A stretch of 64,000 nt of DNA, from positions 310,001 to 374,000 of the forward strand of contig CDMY01000243.1 in NCBI GenBank assembly GCA_001179505.1. The letters are read 5' to 3'. This document shows positions 13,152 through 26,163 of this stretch, one piece after another. The notes beneath the pieces are model-generated. The model saw only the letters and a list, made by a program, of their open reading frames with translations, searched no databases and was not told where the DNA came from. This DNA is from Vitrella brassicaformis CCMP3155. Its lineage: Eukaryota > Protista > Chromerida. The position numbers were made by a program, and so were the translations under genes. The first letter of the stretch is position 1. Each line of letters begins with the position of its first letter.

Positions 13152-13771
13152 TCAGGGGTGTCTGCAGATGTGCAGAGGAGCAGTGCTGTGCAGTGGATGG
13201 ATGGCGTGGCCTGCCTTGCCTGCACAGCTCCACATGGTCAGTCCTACGCCCATGAGCCAGAACCCAGAGAAGTAATGCAGCAGGTGGCCAAACACCAGGG
13301 ATGACACAGACAGTCCTGACACACACACCCACACACGGTCCACACGTGTCTGTCTGTCTGTCTGTCTGCCTGTGAGTGTGTGAATGAGTGCCCCCAGCCA
13401 CCGTACGTACCTGCGATGAATGCGCTTTGCAGTAGGCCGAACCACACATCAGTGGCCGTGCCCAGCTCATTCCTGCACAACACAACGAACGAGCACACAC
13501 ACCATCACCATGCATGGGTGGACTCCCTCATCCCCTCCTGCTGTGAGTTTGTCCGGTATCTACTTGATGATGAAATCCGAGAACTCCTGAGGGGCACCTG
13601 AAAAGCACACGCACACACACACACGTGTGAGCAGCGTGTTGTCCGTTGCCTGCCTGACTGCCTCCCTGCCTCCCTCTCTCCCTCACCGGGAATGATGCCC
13701 CTGTCGAGGTAGATGAAGATGTTGACCAGCGTGAAGTAACCCAGAAGCACACTCGCTGACGGACGAAGCAT
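10503..13771 (-). CDS. Spinster-like MFS transporter
   Basis: MLRPSASVLLGYFTLVNIFIYLDRGIIPG; FGLLQSAFIAG; VGEASYASIAPVFICDNA; AIFYTAIPLGTALGYIYS; VPPENRSFAFALATILLHLLG|DVPSPVLIGMIKD. These follow the SPNS-family motif order, with about 12 hydrophobic segments. Confidence 0.88.
11520..11819. other. Assembly gap (300 N) inside an MFS gene intron
   Basis: N run flanked by poly-C. The flanking exons join in frame (EYM-R-NLRLSS). Confidence 0.95.
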
Positions 13772-14131
13772 CCTGACGCCCTCGGGATGAAGCAGAGGAG
13801 GTGGAGGAATTTGTGTGAGCTAAGCTCGCAAAGAGAACCTGGCCGACAGGCTGAGATCTGCGATATCATCGTGCGTGTGTACGGAGCGATGGATAAGTCA
13901 TCGAGTCAGTGCACAGCTACACTACGCCTACAACGGGCAGCCAGGCCCGTCTCTCCGCCGTCCATCCATCAACCAACCAGATCTCTCTATCTGCTCACGC
14001 ACACGCACAGGCCGTTGTTTGTGGTGGCATGCTCAAGCGACCATCCACCGCACCCCCCGCCCGCATCTATCCACCAATCCATCAATCTACCGGGTTTTTG
14101 AACCAACAGCCACCCCCACCCGCAGCAGCTA

Positions 14132-15534
14132 CTACTTCTTGGGGAAGAAATTGTGCAACGTCTGGACATCCAACACACACATAGAAGGAGGAGAGGAGCA
14201 CCTACCGTGTGCTGGTTTGGTGGCTGGGTGGGTGGGTGGCGGTTCCACTCCCTCCCTCCCTCCCTCCCTCCCTCCCTCACCTGTCCGGGCGGTTTGTCTT
14301 TGGCTTTTCCCTTGGCCTTTGCTTTGCCCTTGCCCGACGCCGCCTTGGCCTTGCCCTTGCCCCTAGCACCGCCACCACCGCCCTTGGCCTTGGCCTTGGC
14401 CGCCTTGGCGAGGAGCCCCTTCTCGCCGCGTGTCTGCTTGATCATGCCGCCCATGGTGCCCTCCTCCTCTTCCTCCTCCTCCTCCTCCTCCTTGTCCGCA
14501 CTCCCTCCCTCGCCGTTGTCGTCATCCTCCTCGGCGGGGGCCGCGTCCTTCTGCACACCCGCACCCTGACACACATACGCAGACAATGCATGGTCCATCT
14601 GGCATTGGGGCGAGGAGGGGTGGCTGACCTCGAGTCCGCCGTCGGCTTCGTCTGCTCCCCCGCCCGCACCAGCACCGCCGCCGCCGCCGCCGCCGCCTGC
14701 TGCGGCCTTCTTGGCGGCCCCGCCGCCCTTCTTGCCGCCGAATAGGGCCATTGGTGTGCGCTTGTGGACTTTCTGGTTGTAGAGGCGGGTGAGCACGCCC
14801 TTCTTCTTGGCGTCCAGCATCTTGTAGGTATCATCCTACACAGACACACACACAGACATACACACATCTATTGTACGTGTGAGTGAGAGATTGGGGTGTG
14901 TGGTTAGTGGTTACCTGCGTGGGCAGCCTGAGGGAGGGGAGGTGCTCGGCGAGGTGGTCTTTGGTGAGCCCGTAGGCGTCAAGAAACTCAATGCACTCGG
15001 CTGACATACATGACACATCACATCAACCACACACGCACATCCATTAAGCAGAAGGTGTGTGTGTGTGTGTATGTCAAGGTGTGCACAGCCCCTACTGGCA
15101 GCCTCCGTGTTGTCCTCGATTTTCCGCAGCGGCCGCATCGCCTGCATGGCATGGCCACAAACAAGCGCACAAACAGTCCTGACCGGTACTTACGGCTAAA
15201 GCTGCAGAATTAGAGCCGTAAGAGCACTACTATATGTATTCCCTTCACTGACCCGGTCGAAGAGGATATCGGTGTAGTTGGTGAGTCGCATGCTGCGGGC
15301 GCTGCCAGACGTGTGCAGCATCAGGTGCGCGTGCAGCTCGTTCAACAGACGGCTGCAGCCGCGTAGACAGACACATACATTTGCAGGTCATGCAGGTCAT
15401 GATGGATGTCATTCATGTTGATGGATGGGGTGGGGCTGTGCTGTGTGTGCACCGACCGGTTCTTGGTTCTGGTGGAGTTCTTGCCCAGCCAGGAGGGGAA
15501 CTGCGGCCACTTAATAGTACCGTTGCACTAGAGA

Positions 15535-15568
<34 letters not shown>

Positions 15569-16222
15569 CCCTTGGTGTCTTCTGTCTCTGTCTGTGTGTG
15601 TGTCTGTGAGCGGACACGTTGGTGTGTGTGTGGGGAGGGGGGTTGCGTACGAAATATCCGGGTGCGACGGCGCTGAGAATGCCCAGCGCGTTGAGCAAAC
15701 TCCAGTTGTTGTTCTGACAGACAGACAGACAGAGACAGGGTTGGGTGGATGGGATGGAAAGATGACACAAGTGATGCGCTTCCGCCCGTCTGTGAGTGAG
15801 TGCATGGCTGGTGCCCCCGTGTGTGCCCACTCACTGACCGTTCTGATCTGTCTCTCGCAGATGTCGGCGTTGACCATGCACCCGGCAGCCTGACAGACCC
15901 TACACACACACACACAGAGACAGTGGGTATCTATGTGCGCGCAGCTCTCTGTGTGTGTGCGGCTGTGTGTGTGATAAGTCGCTTACCTCTTCAGCGAGTT
16001 GGGGTCCTCATTCCTGGCCGGCACGGTGGTGAAGGGCTGCAGATAGTTCTCCTGCAGCACGTACCACACCCACACCCACACATGCACAGCACAGGTGGCG
16101 ATTAGGTCGGTGTCTGGCCGGCGATTTGTCCGTGTGGGTCCATTGATTGCGTCAGTCAGTCACTTGTATGAGCAGAGGCATCAGGCTGTAGTCGACGAAG
16201 AAGGCGTCTAGACGCTGTCACA

Positions 16223-16255
<33 letters not shown>

Positions 16256-19200
16256 GGATCAGGATATATGGGTGTGACGTGCAGCGCCCAGCCCCCCAGA
16301 CCCCGTCCACCCACAAGGATACCTACCTTCCACAGTGGCAGCCGTCCCCCGTCGGGCGTCAGCAGCAGCTTCGCAACCTCAAAAGTCGACAGCAACACCT
16401 GAACGAACGAGCCACACAAACTACTTAATGATTGACAACACACACCTGACCTGTGTCCCTCCCTCCCTCCCTCCCTCCGTGCCTCCCTCCTTCGGCCTGC
16501 AGGTACGTACGGCCGCACCGCACCTGTTGGTCCTTCATTTCGTTTGAGTTGACGTGGTCGCGCATCTTCTTGAAGGGCACGTTGCGCCGCTCCACACGCA
16601 TCACCTGCAGCGTGTTCAAGATCTAAACACACACACACACACACACGAACGAGAAGGGGGCGGAGGAGAAGGTGATGACATGACGGCCACCGACCCACCG
16701 ACCCACCTGTCTAAGGTCGTTGTGGCTCTCCTCGCACAGCAGCTGCGCACTGTTGGGCTCTATGTGCATGCCCTCCCTGCAGCATTCATCCATCCACACA
16801 CCACACCCCGGACGTGATGCAGGGAGGGAGGACGTGTGTGTGGTGGGTGGATTGCTCGGCTCACTTTGCGCAGATCTCGACCATCCGTTTGGCCACGGCC
16901 TGCTTCTGGGGCCGGTAGAAACGCAGATCTAAGCACGAATTCCCCAAGCTACGCATCTGACAACGACAGACACAACACAACACATCACAACACAGCACCA
17001 CACATGTAAGGCTATCTATGTCGGTTTCTCTCTGTCTGTGTGTCTGTTTGTCTATCTAACCGACCGCCCCGCCCCGCCCCGCCTCGCACCTTTTGGCTCA
17101 TGCGATCGTTGCATATGCAGATGATGGGAATGTGGGACTTCTTGATCATCCGTATGAGGGCCTGCGAGCCGCCCCTGTCGCCCGCACCCAGGCCGTCCAC
17201 CTCGTCCATGATGAGGCAGGCCTTCTTCATGTCCTGCTGACCCTTGCCCGCCGTCACACCCAACATGCTGCTGTGCGCACCGCTACCATAGCCGTCGATG
17301 AGACGATTCGACCCCAGACCCGTGCCGAGGGCTGACACACACAGGCACAGGCCAGGGAGGGAGGGAGGGAGGGAGGGTGTGGTGTTTGGTGCATGGCATG
17401 GCTGGCTGGCTGGCTCAGGGGGTGGGTGGGTGGGTGGTTGGTCTAGTTGGTTACTTTCTATGATTTTTTTGCCTCTGTCGTCTGATGCGTTGAACTCCAT
17501 GGGGATGTACCCGCACTCCTTGACCACCAGGTGAGCCGCCGTGGTCTTGCCCACGCCGGGCGGGCCGGAGATCAGACACGCACTGACACATACACACACA
17601 CCGACAGACCCACACCACGACGACACACACAGAAAGAAGGCATGAATGGTGCATCTCTTCCTTCGTGTGTGTGTGTGTGTGTGTATGCAATACCTACCGC
17701 GCATTGATGTTTTCGTCTTTGTTGCCCTTTTTGGCGGCGGTTTTCTTCTCGCCCTTGATGCAGACGTCGTGCCAGTCGGTGAGCCACTCGGTCAGCTTGG
17801 TCACCTGCGCGTGGTTGCCAACCATCTCGTCAGCACTCTTGGGACTACACAGTGGCCACACACACACACAAACACACATGGGAACAGAGAAATGTGTGGA
17901 TGTGTGGATGTGTGTGTTCTCACCGGTACTTCTCACACCAGAGCTCCTTGGCAGGTCGGCGGGGCCCTGCACGTACACACACACACACACACACACATCC
18001 ATCCATCCACCCCTGCCCACCATCCTCACCACTGGGCACGCCGCCACCGGCAGCGTCCGTCATCTCCTGGTCGTCTCCACCCTCCTGCTGCTGCTGGTGA
18101 TGGTCGGGCTCCTCGACCTCCATCTCCTCTGCCTCCTCGTTCTCGTTCTCATTCTCATCATCGGGTGCGTCGGCGATGTCGGGTGCTAGTTTGAGGAACT
18201 CCTCCTCCTCGATGACCTGGATGGGCGGCTTGTTCTTGATGCGCGAGTACCCCTTGCTGGAGGGGTCTTTGCGGTCCTTCTCGATGGACAGGTACTTCTT
18301 GTACTTGCTCGTCTCCTTGACGTCGCGCCCGTCGTCCAGGTGGCTCCCCAGCACCAGGTAGTGCGTGTTGCCGCTCACGGCAGACTGCACCTGCCCGCCC
18401 AGCGACCTGACGCGGTCCTCGGCCACCGTTCGGCTCATGCTCGCCAGCTCGCCCGTGAAGACGAACCCCTTCCCCGCCAGAGGCTGCGATGCTGTCGGCT
18501 GCGGTGCCGCCGCCTTGGCCTTGGGCTTGGCCTTGGCTTTGGGCTTGGGTTTGGCGAAGGACGCGGGAATGACGCGCTTCTTGGGGGAGGCCTTCTTCTT
18601 GGGCTCCTCGGCGGGCGGCTCCTCGTCCTTCTCGGTGTCGTCGTCCTCCTCGTCTTCGATCTTCTTGTTCTTCTCGGGCTCCTTCTTGGCCTTGGCGGGG
18701 GCCGGGGGAGGGGGTGGGGGCTTCTTGGCAGAGGGCTTGGGTGACGACTGGGACTTCTTGGGCTTCTTGAGCGGCTTGGCGGGCTCCTCCTCCTCCTCAT
18801 CGTCATCCACACCGATGGGGACGTCCCCGTTCTCATCTGGCGGAAGAGACAGACAAGAAAGGAGAGAAGGCGTCAGTCAGTCACTTTGGTGCTTCTGATG
18901 GGTGGTCAGTGGAAGGGTAGGGTGTGGTTCCTGCCTGACCTTCATCAGCTAGGTCCTTCATGTCCTCGTCCTCGTCGTTGTCCTCCGCCTCAGCCATCTC
19001 GAAATCCTCATCGTCACCGTCCTCATCTACACACACACACAGGCACTCCACCCATCCATCCACCCACCCACCCACGATATCTCTGTATGTATGTGTGCCT
19101 TTGATTGACATACCTTCGCCCTTCTTGTTCTTTTTGAGTTTGACGAGTGCCTTCCAGTCGACGTCCGGGGCGTCGCTCTGGAAGTCCTTGGGGCGGTCCA

Positions 19201-20965
19201 GCCACGGCTTGCCGGCCTGCCGCTTGCCCTTGTCCTTGTCCTTCTTGCCCGCCGCAGCCGCAGCCGAGCCGAAGAAGGCGTCGGGCGACACCTCCTCCCG
19301 GCTGGGGGCCGACGGGGAGGGCTGGGGCTTGCCCCGAGCAGCAGCCGCCTTCTGCGCCTCATGCAGCTTCTGATGACATAATTGATGAATTGATGAGTAC
19401 AGAAAAGCAAAAGGGGGTAAGTAAGATGTGGTGGTGTGGTGACTGTGTGCTGTGCTATGGGGGTGGGGTACCTTGGCCTCGTCGCCACGCTTGACAAACT
19501 TGTCCTGTAGTAAGGTAGGTGAGCACGGCACAGCACGGCACACAACACAGCCAGTGTTTGAGTGGCGAGCGGCACATGGGTGGTGCAGTAATGTAATGTG
19601 TGTGTCCCATGTCATGTGCGTTCGTACCATGGCCCCGAAGTGCTCCCCGCCCCCGTCCCCGTCCCCGTCCCCCTCCTGGTCGTCTCCGTTGCTGGGCACG
19701 TACGCCTCGTCCTCGTCGGACTCGTCGAGCTTCTTGCGCTTGCCCTTGCCCTTGCCCTTCTTGCCAGACGCCTTGCCACCCGCCGCAGCCGCAGCCGCAG
19801 CCGCAGCACCGCCACCCTCCTCGTCAGTCAAGTCCAAATCTATCTGCTCTACAGCCCTGCACACACATCACATGCACATCACATGGACANNNNNNNNNNN
19901 NNNNNNNNNNNNNNNNNNNNNNNNNNNNNNNNNNNNNNNNNNNNNNNNNNNNNNNNNNNNNNNNNNNNNNNNNNNNNNNNNNNNNNNNNNNNNNNNNNNN
20001 NNNNNNNNNNNNNNNNNNNNNNNNNNNNNNNNNNNNNNNNNNNNNNNNNNNNNNNNNNNNNNNNNNNNNNNNNNNNNNNNNNNNNNNNNNNNNNNNNNNN
20101 NNNNNNNNNNNNNNNNNNNNNNNNNNNNNNNNNNNNNNNNNNNNNNNNNNNNNNNNNNNNNNNNNNNNNNNNNNNNNNNNNNNNNNNNNGGGAAGGGGGT
20201 GCTTTGATTGTACCTCTCCCGCCCCCGTGACTTGGCAACGCGTTCGGGCAGCTTTCGGCTGCTGCCCTCCTCCTCCTCGTCATCAAGATCTAACTGACGC
20301 CGAGGCTTCTTCTTGCTGCACATGCCAACCACACACCAAACACACACAAGCAGATCTCCGTCTGTGCGCGGCGGTGTGGTGTGGTGTGGTCATCGGCGCT
20401 TCTGGCTGACTCACCGTCTGGCGCGCACGTCCGATTCCTCATCCTCCTCATCCCCATCGCCCTTGCCCGCCGCACCACCACCACCACCGCCCTTCTTGCC
20501 CTTCTGCTTGTCGGGCGTCGAGTCGACCCCCTTGCGCTTCTTGCCAGACGCCTTGGCCTCAGGCTCGTCCTCCAAATCGATAACGTCGTCACCGCCCACA
20601 CCCTCCTCCTCCTCCTTGGCCGGTGCTGGGGCGGCTGCAGCTGCCGCCGCTGCCGCTGCCGCTGCTACTGGTGGGGATGACTCCTGCTGTTGCGACTGAT
20701 GTGGGCTAGGTGATGTGGACTTCTTGATGCCGCCGCTGCCGAAGAAGCCTCGGATGTCCTGGGGGGATGGAACCATCACCATCACACCACACGCGCACAC
20801 AGAAAGATGGAGCGTGTGCTTCCTCTGCGTGTGGTGTGTGGTGTGTGGTGTGTGGTGGAAATGTGTGTGCCATCCGTCCATCCATGTGTGTGCATGTGCC
20901 GTGCCGACCTGCAGGCCCTTCTCCTTGCCCTTCTCGTCATCCTTCTTCTTCTTGGGCGGCGCCAT
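14132..20965 (-). CDS. RFC1: Replication factor C large subunit
   Basis: N-terminal LQ|DIRGFFG; long K/E/D-rich region; BRCT (FVFTGELASMSRTVAEDRVRSLGGQVQSAVSGNTHYLVLG); AAA+ Walker A SGPPGVGKTT, EFNASD and Walker B LIMDEVDGL; IPIICICND; C-terminal ECIEFLDAYGLTK; last exon 14132-14161. Confidence 0.96.
19890..20189. other. Assembly gap (300 N) inside an RFC1 intron
   Basis: The flanking exons join in phase 2 (GRE-R-AVEQIDL). Confidence 0.95.
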
Positions 20966-21347
20966 GGCGGGATGTCGACTGACGGGCTCAGCGGATCAAG
21001 GGTGCCGTCATGAATCGACCAGCAATGGTGTTTGTTGTGAGGCGAGGCAGAGTGGCTGGATCTGGGGCAGAGATGCGTTCAGCGGTGATCTAGATGAATG
21101 CCGCTGGAGGATGCTAGTCGGCTATAGGATGGGAAATGCGATTTGTCGTATCAAAGGACACACAGACGTCAAACCAGGCGACAAAATCTGCCATTGAGGC
21201 GCACCCTAACCCAAAATGTGACGGTGAAACACAAAGAAGAGAGGTCGAGACGAGCCCGCATGCGAAGGAAGGTTGTCTAGCCACCCGGTACCTTCTTTCA
21301 GCTTTGGGAAGTAGTCGAATGTAGCTAACCGCTGCCGGTTTGATACA

Positions 21348-24300
21348 ATGTCCTCTCCAAACGGTCCCAATGCTTGCCCCGCCGCTGAGGCGGCTGAGAT
21401 ACTACCCGACGTCAAGAATAGCGACAACGCTGCCGCCGTACACTCCCCCCAGCTCCCCATTACCAGCCCATCGCCACCTGCGCATCACGATGCTCATGCA
21501 GCCGTCGGCAAGGGTCCCTCTGAGCCGCAGCACCGTGCTGCTCCCCAAAGCAAAGGCCAAGGGGGTGACACGGCCACAGGGGTCTCCCTCGGCAAGAAGC
21601 GAAAGCGCCGAGGAGGAGGAACAAAGCCAGATGATACTAGCTCGAAGGAGGGCGGCGGTGGTTCATCAGAGGTGTCAACGTTTGGTGCTGAGACGATGAT
21701 GAAGCGCGTGACGGTGTCTGCGGACGTGGCTGAGCTCCTGCGGGCCATTGAGTCGCCCCTTAGGTCGGTGCTGGGGCTGGGCATCTCGCTGACACGCTCA
21801 GAAGGGCCCGATGACGCTTGGTAAGGACGCCCACATCAAACAAATCATGCACGAACGAATGGAATGGGTGGATATTGTAATAATGATTCCATTGCGTGTT
21901 CTTCTCTCTCTGTGGCCCCTGCCCTGCAGCCACCTGGTGATAACCGACGCCTCCCTGCAGGTCTCCCCCCTCCACCGGCACATCGGTGCCGCCCACCTGC
22001 CACCCACAGAGCGGGCATACACCCTCATCCGGTGGCTCGAGCACCTCGCCGCCCACCCATCCTTCACCACCGACCCCATCTCGCTGGCAATGGATCTGCA
22101 GAGGTGGCGGCTGGCGCGTGTGGGGGGCGTGAGCGGCCCACTGGAGGAGATATTCGCGAATGGGAAGGGGTGGTGCGAGAGGGAGGACATCCGGTTCGAG
22201 GGCGGGTGGGGGGACGGGTGGCAGGAGGTGGTGACGAGAGTGAGGCAGGAGGCCGACATGGCCACGCTCGAGATCATCGGCACGGAGGTCCCCACGGGCT
22301 TCCTGGCACAGGTCAGTCAGTCAGTGAGTGAATACACTGAGGGCGAGAGTGGGAACGAATGGCGACCGGCACTGGTGTTGATGTGTTGGTTGATGTGTTG
22401 ATGTGTGTGGTTCATTCAGGGTACTCCGTCGTCATTGTCGAAGGGTGTGAGTGCGTTGTGGTCGCATCTGACGGCGGGGTGGGAGGTGCGGGCCCTGCAG
22501 ATGCCGCACTACCTCAGGGACGTCTTCAGACACTTCTGGAGGCAGGCCGGCCAGTCGCCCAACGAGCAAAGTGTGTGAGCAACTAACTACTCATTAATGG
22601 ATTGCATGTGGTTGGTTGCAACGGAAGGAATCGACTCGATCATCTGATTGATATCTTTCTCTCTCTCCCCGTCTGACCATGTGTGTGTGTGTGTGATGGT
22701 TCAGTGCTCGTCTGGACGATAGACGGCAGCGGTGAGGGCGACTTGTTGCCCCCGCCCCTCCTGGACGAGTCTGTCGAGGGCCTCGTCGTGGAGGCGCAGC
22801 TCCTCAACGCACTCAGGCTGGACGTCAACACCGAACTCATTCACAACAGGGCCGCCACCGCCACACAGGTCAGAATATGACTGACGAACGAACAAACGAA
22901 CGGATCAATCCATCCGTTGTGTCTCTGTGTGAGTGTGTGTGTGTGTGTGTGTGTTTGTCACGTGCAGGAGGTGGCAACCCGTTCGCTGCCATCCTACTGC
23001 CACCCGTGGCAGTCCCACTTCGCCCCCAGCCTCCCCTCGCCCGCCTTCATATGGGTGGGCCTGGCCGGCCCCCCAAAAGCCCTCGCGCGCCTCCACAAGG
23101 AGTTCCTCGAGACTCTCCCATTCTGGCACTGCCTCCAGCTGCCCATCCCCCTCCCGCCCATCCCCCCTGACACCCCCAGCCTCATCAAGGCCCTTCAGAG
23201 CGAGCCCTTCACCGACCTGCTGGACGCCGTGCTCCACACGCATCACGTGTGCGGCAAGGTGTACCCGCCAGTATCGGAGTCATCGTGGGTCAGGGCGAGG
23301 CAGAGCGGTGGCGGGTGCGGCGGCTACGGTGATAGCGATGGGCCGTGCATGCACCTGATGCTCGACCGCAGCAACTGGGGCGAGGGGGAGGGTGAAGCCG
23401 ATCGCACACTGGTGAGGGAGACAGACAGAGACAGAGACAGGGAGAGAGCGGACGGAGGCTCATAGGCGCGATGTGTGTTGTGTAGAACTTCCTCATGAAC
23501 GGCCCAGTGCTGTCGGCCCGTGGCGAGCTCGAGACAGCTGCGAGAGCGATGGTGTACGCCATGTGTGGGCAGCCCAAGGCGCTCCTGCGGCTGGAGGCCA
23601 GGTATGCCGAGGAGGTCGGCAGGTCCCGCATGAGGCGGGGAGACTTCACCAAGGCCACGCTTGTCAGCGAGTGGCTGGCTCTGGGCGGCCCGGGGGGAGA
23701 GGGTGGGGATGTGGGCGTGGGCGGCGGGGCCGCGGTGGACGACACACTGGACCAGCTGCAGCGGGAGAACGCCGCCAAGCACCTGAGGGATGGGCTCAGC
23801 ATCGGGCTGCACCTGGCAAAGGTCAGTTCCTTTATCTGCCGGAGGGAACAAAGCTCCATCTCGTGTGTGCGCACTCTTCTTCTTGTTTGGGGTAATTGTG
23901 GTCAGATGTGTCGTTTGGCGGGTTTGGTGTCTGAGGATTACTACCAGCAGGCGAAGCGGCTCATGAAGGACCAGTGGCACGGACGCACTCCTGCCGTGCT
24001 CATGCGTAAGTCAACACACACACCCCGCACACACGCTCACACCCACAAACCTTGGCAACCCATCTTCTGCTCTTGCCTATACCTCCCTCAGTGGGCGACC
24101 AGCAGCCGTCGATCAACATGTCCGACGGCCCCAGCGAGCCCTCCCTCACCGTCACCCAGCCACCCCTTCCCCTCTCGCCCGAGCTAGCACCGCAGCCACA
24201 CACCCAAGCCCCGCAGCCACATAGCCCCCCCGATAACCAGCCATCACCGGAGCAGCTCCCCGACCCCAACACACAACAGCCGCTTCCAGAAGATCATCCG

Positions 24301-25038
24301 GAGGGAGGGAGAGAGGAATGTCGGCAGGACAAGACATCGCCCAAGAAGAGGCGATGGGACGTGAGGCCGCCATCCCCCGTGAGCATTGAGCCGCCACCGT
24401 GCTCACCGGTACAGTCTCGCCTGCCCTCAAGGTCGCCCCCATCGCAGCCTCGTGGACGGCGGTCGCCACAACAGCCGTCTAGATCGCCCCCCTGCCGGGT
24501 GCGCCCACCCCGACTCTGCCACCGCACCAGCCAGCGTCAGCGCCAGGACCAGCGGAGCATGTCGCCCATCACAGACGCAGCTGCGCGGCAGGAACCAAGA
24601 CGTGCTGCTGAGCCCCCGCCCGTCCGCACACGTAAGGAGCTGCCCCCTCTGCTGCCCACACCACGACATGCGCCTAGATATTCACCGAGATGTAGCCCTA
24701 GCCCAGTGCCGTTCTCCGGTGATCGTGGTCAGCGAGATGCGAAGCGCCGGCGGCTGGGTGATGCGGCCATTGTCCCGTTCTCATCGTCCCGGCGACGGGG
24801 TGATGCAGGTGGTGGGGCGAGGGCGCCATCACCACGGGCTGGGAGGCCGTCGTGGGACGTCGTGAGGGGGGAGCGGCCGGGTAGTGAGGGGCTGGCGAGC
24901 GACGAAACATGGACGCTGGCGAGCGAGACGCCTCGCCACTCGGGTGGATCTGGGTGGAGGGGGAGAGGGAGAGGGAGGTGGGGAGGGAGAGGGGACGGGG
25001 AGCACCGCAGTAACAACTTTGGCCGAGGTGGTCGTTAG
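21348..25038 (+). CDS. Hypothetical multi-exon protein with a Pro/Arg/Ser-rich and RGG-like C-terminal tail
   Basis: Codon-like GC-rich exons (about 21348-21820, 21830-22310, 22710-22866, 22966-23420, 23490-23822, 23938-24006, 24091-25038) bounded by GT/AG. The last join checks in frame (PAVLM-L-GDQQPS). No family recognised; 5' splicing uncertain. Confidence 0.55.
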
Positions 25039-26163
25039 CGAAGATCGATGGATGGATGGATGGATGGACGGACGGAGAGAGGGCGAGAGAGATGCTGACA
25101 GATGAGATAGACAGGGGCGTGTGTGCCGACGGGCAGCGACTCATGGGTAGCTTAGCTTAGCTTGCTTAACAATTAGTTAAGGGAGAGGGGCGCATTGGTG
25201 GCGCTGTGTGTGTGTGTGTGTGTGTGCAAAGGTCTGGCTGGTGCATTCATTGTGTCTATCTAAGCGCATGTCTGTCTGTCTGTCTGTCTGAATCTGTCTG
25301 TGTACTGTACATACGACCGAGCGGGCGGGACGCACAAATGCAGGTCAGGTGTGCCGACTCGATGGAGTGGACGGGCACAGGCCTGCTTTTTGGCTTTGGC
25401 TCTGGCTTGGCTTTGTCGTGCGCTACACAATGCTCCTTTTTGTGATGCTATCGTGCTCATCATGCTTATGGACGTGTTGTCCATGAGAAGAAAGGTGCTT
25501 TCTGCCGCTTTCAGAACGGCCACCGAGAGAGAAGACAGCTGCTCTTGGTGCAGTGGTGTGGTGTGGTGTGGTGGGTGGGTGGGTGCTCCGGCCGTCGGAA
25601 CGCTGCAAGGATGGCGAGAGCTCGATTGAGCCAAATGCAATCGAGTGCTTTCCATTCGTCGCCGCACCCAATGGGTGGAGCATACGCAACACCGGTCAGT
25701 CACATATGCATGGTTGCACACATTCATCATGTGAAGGGTTCTCGTTCTCTCCAGCTCGCTGTGTAGATTTTGTTCTTTCTTGTGATGGTCTGGCTGCCCA
25801 CCGACCCTGAGTGCGCGGCCGGCCCATCACGAGACGGACCAGAAATCTACTGAGCGAGCTGGTGGAGACGGGGGAGTGAGAGAGCTTTTGGGGTCAGACA
25901 CAGGACAGCTTGCTTATCGCGGCCAGAGACAATGATGCGATGCGAGGTGCTGGATCATCCATCGCATCGCATGTATGAGAGAGACTCGTGCATGTCAACG
26001 GTCAACGCACTATTGAGAGACAAGGTCGAACGGTATGGCAGGCCAGGCTAACCACTCGCTAGTCACCCTCACTACACACAGATGGTACATACACACATAG
26101 ATGCCATGCCCCCACCCAGCTGAGCCATCTATTCTATCTATCCATCACATCAGATCACGTCTG

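Noticed and set aside
13560-13563. Apparent in-frame TAG in the MFS gene (IIK*), suggesting stop read-through
   Set aside because: A GT donor (AA|gtagat) splits the codon; joining to the next exon gives IIKNELG.
25200-26100. Short ORFs between the orphan gene and WDR34
   Set aside because: I could not build a consistent spliced frame or recognise a motif; this is likely convergent 3'UTR sequence.
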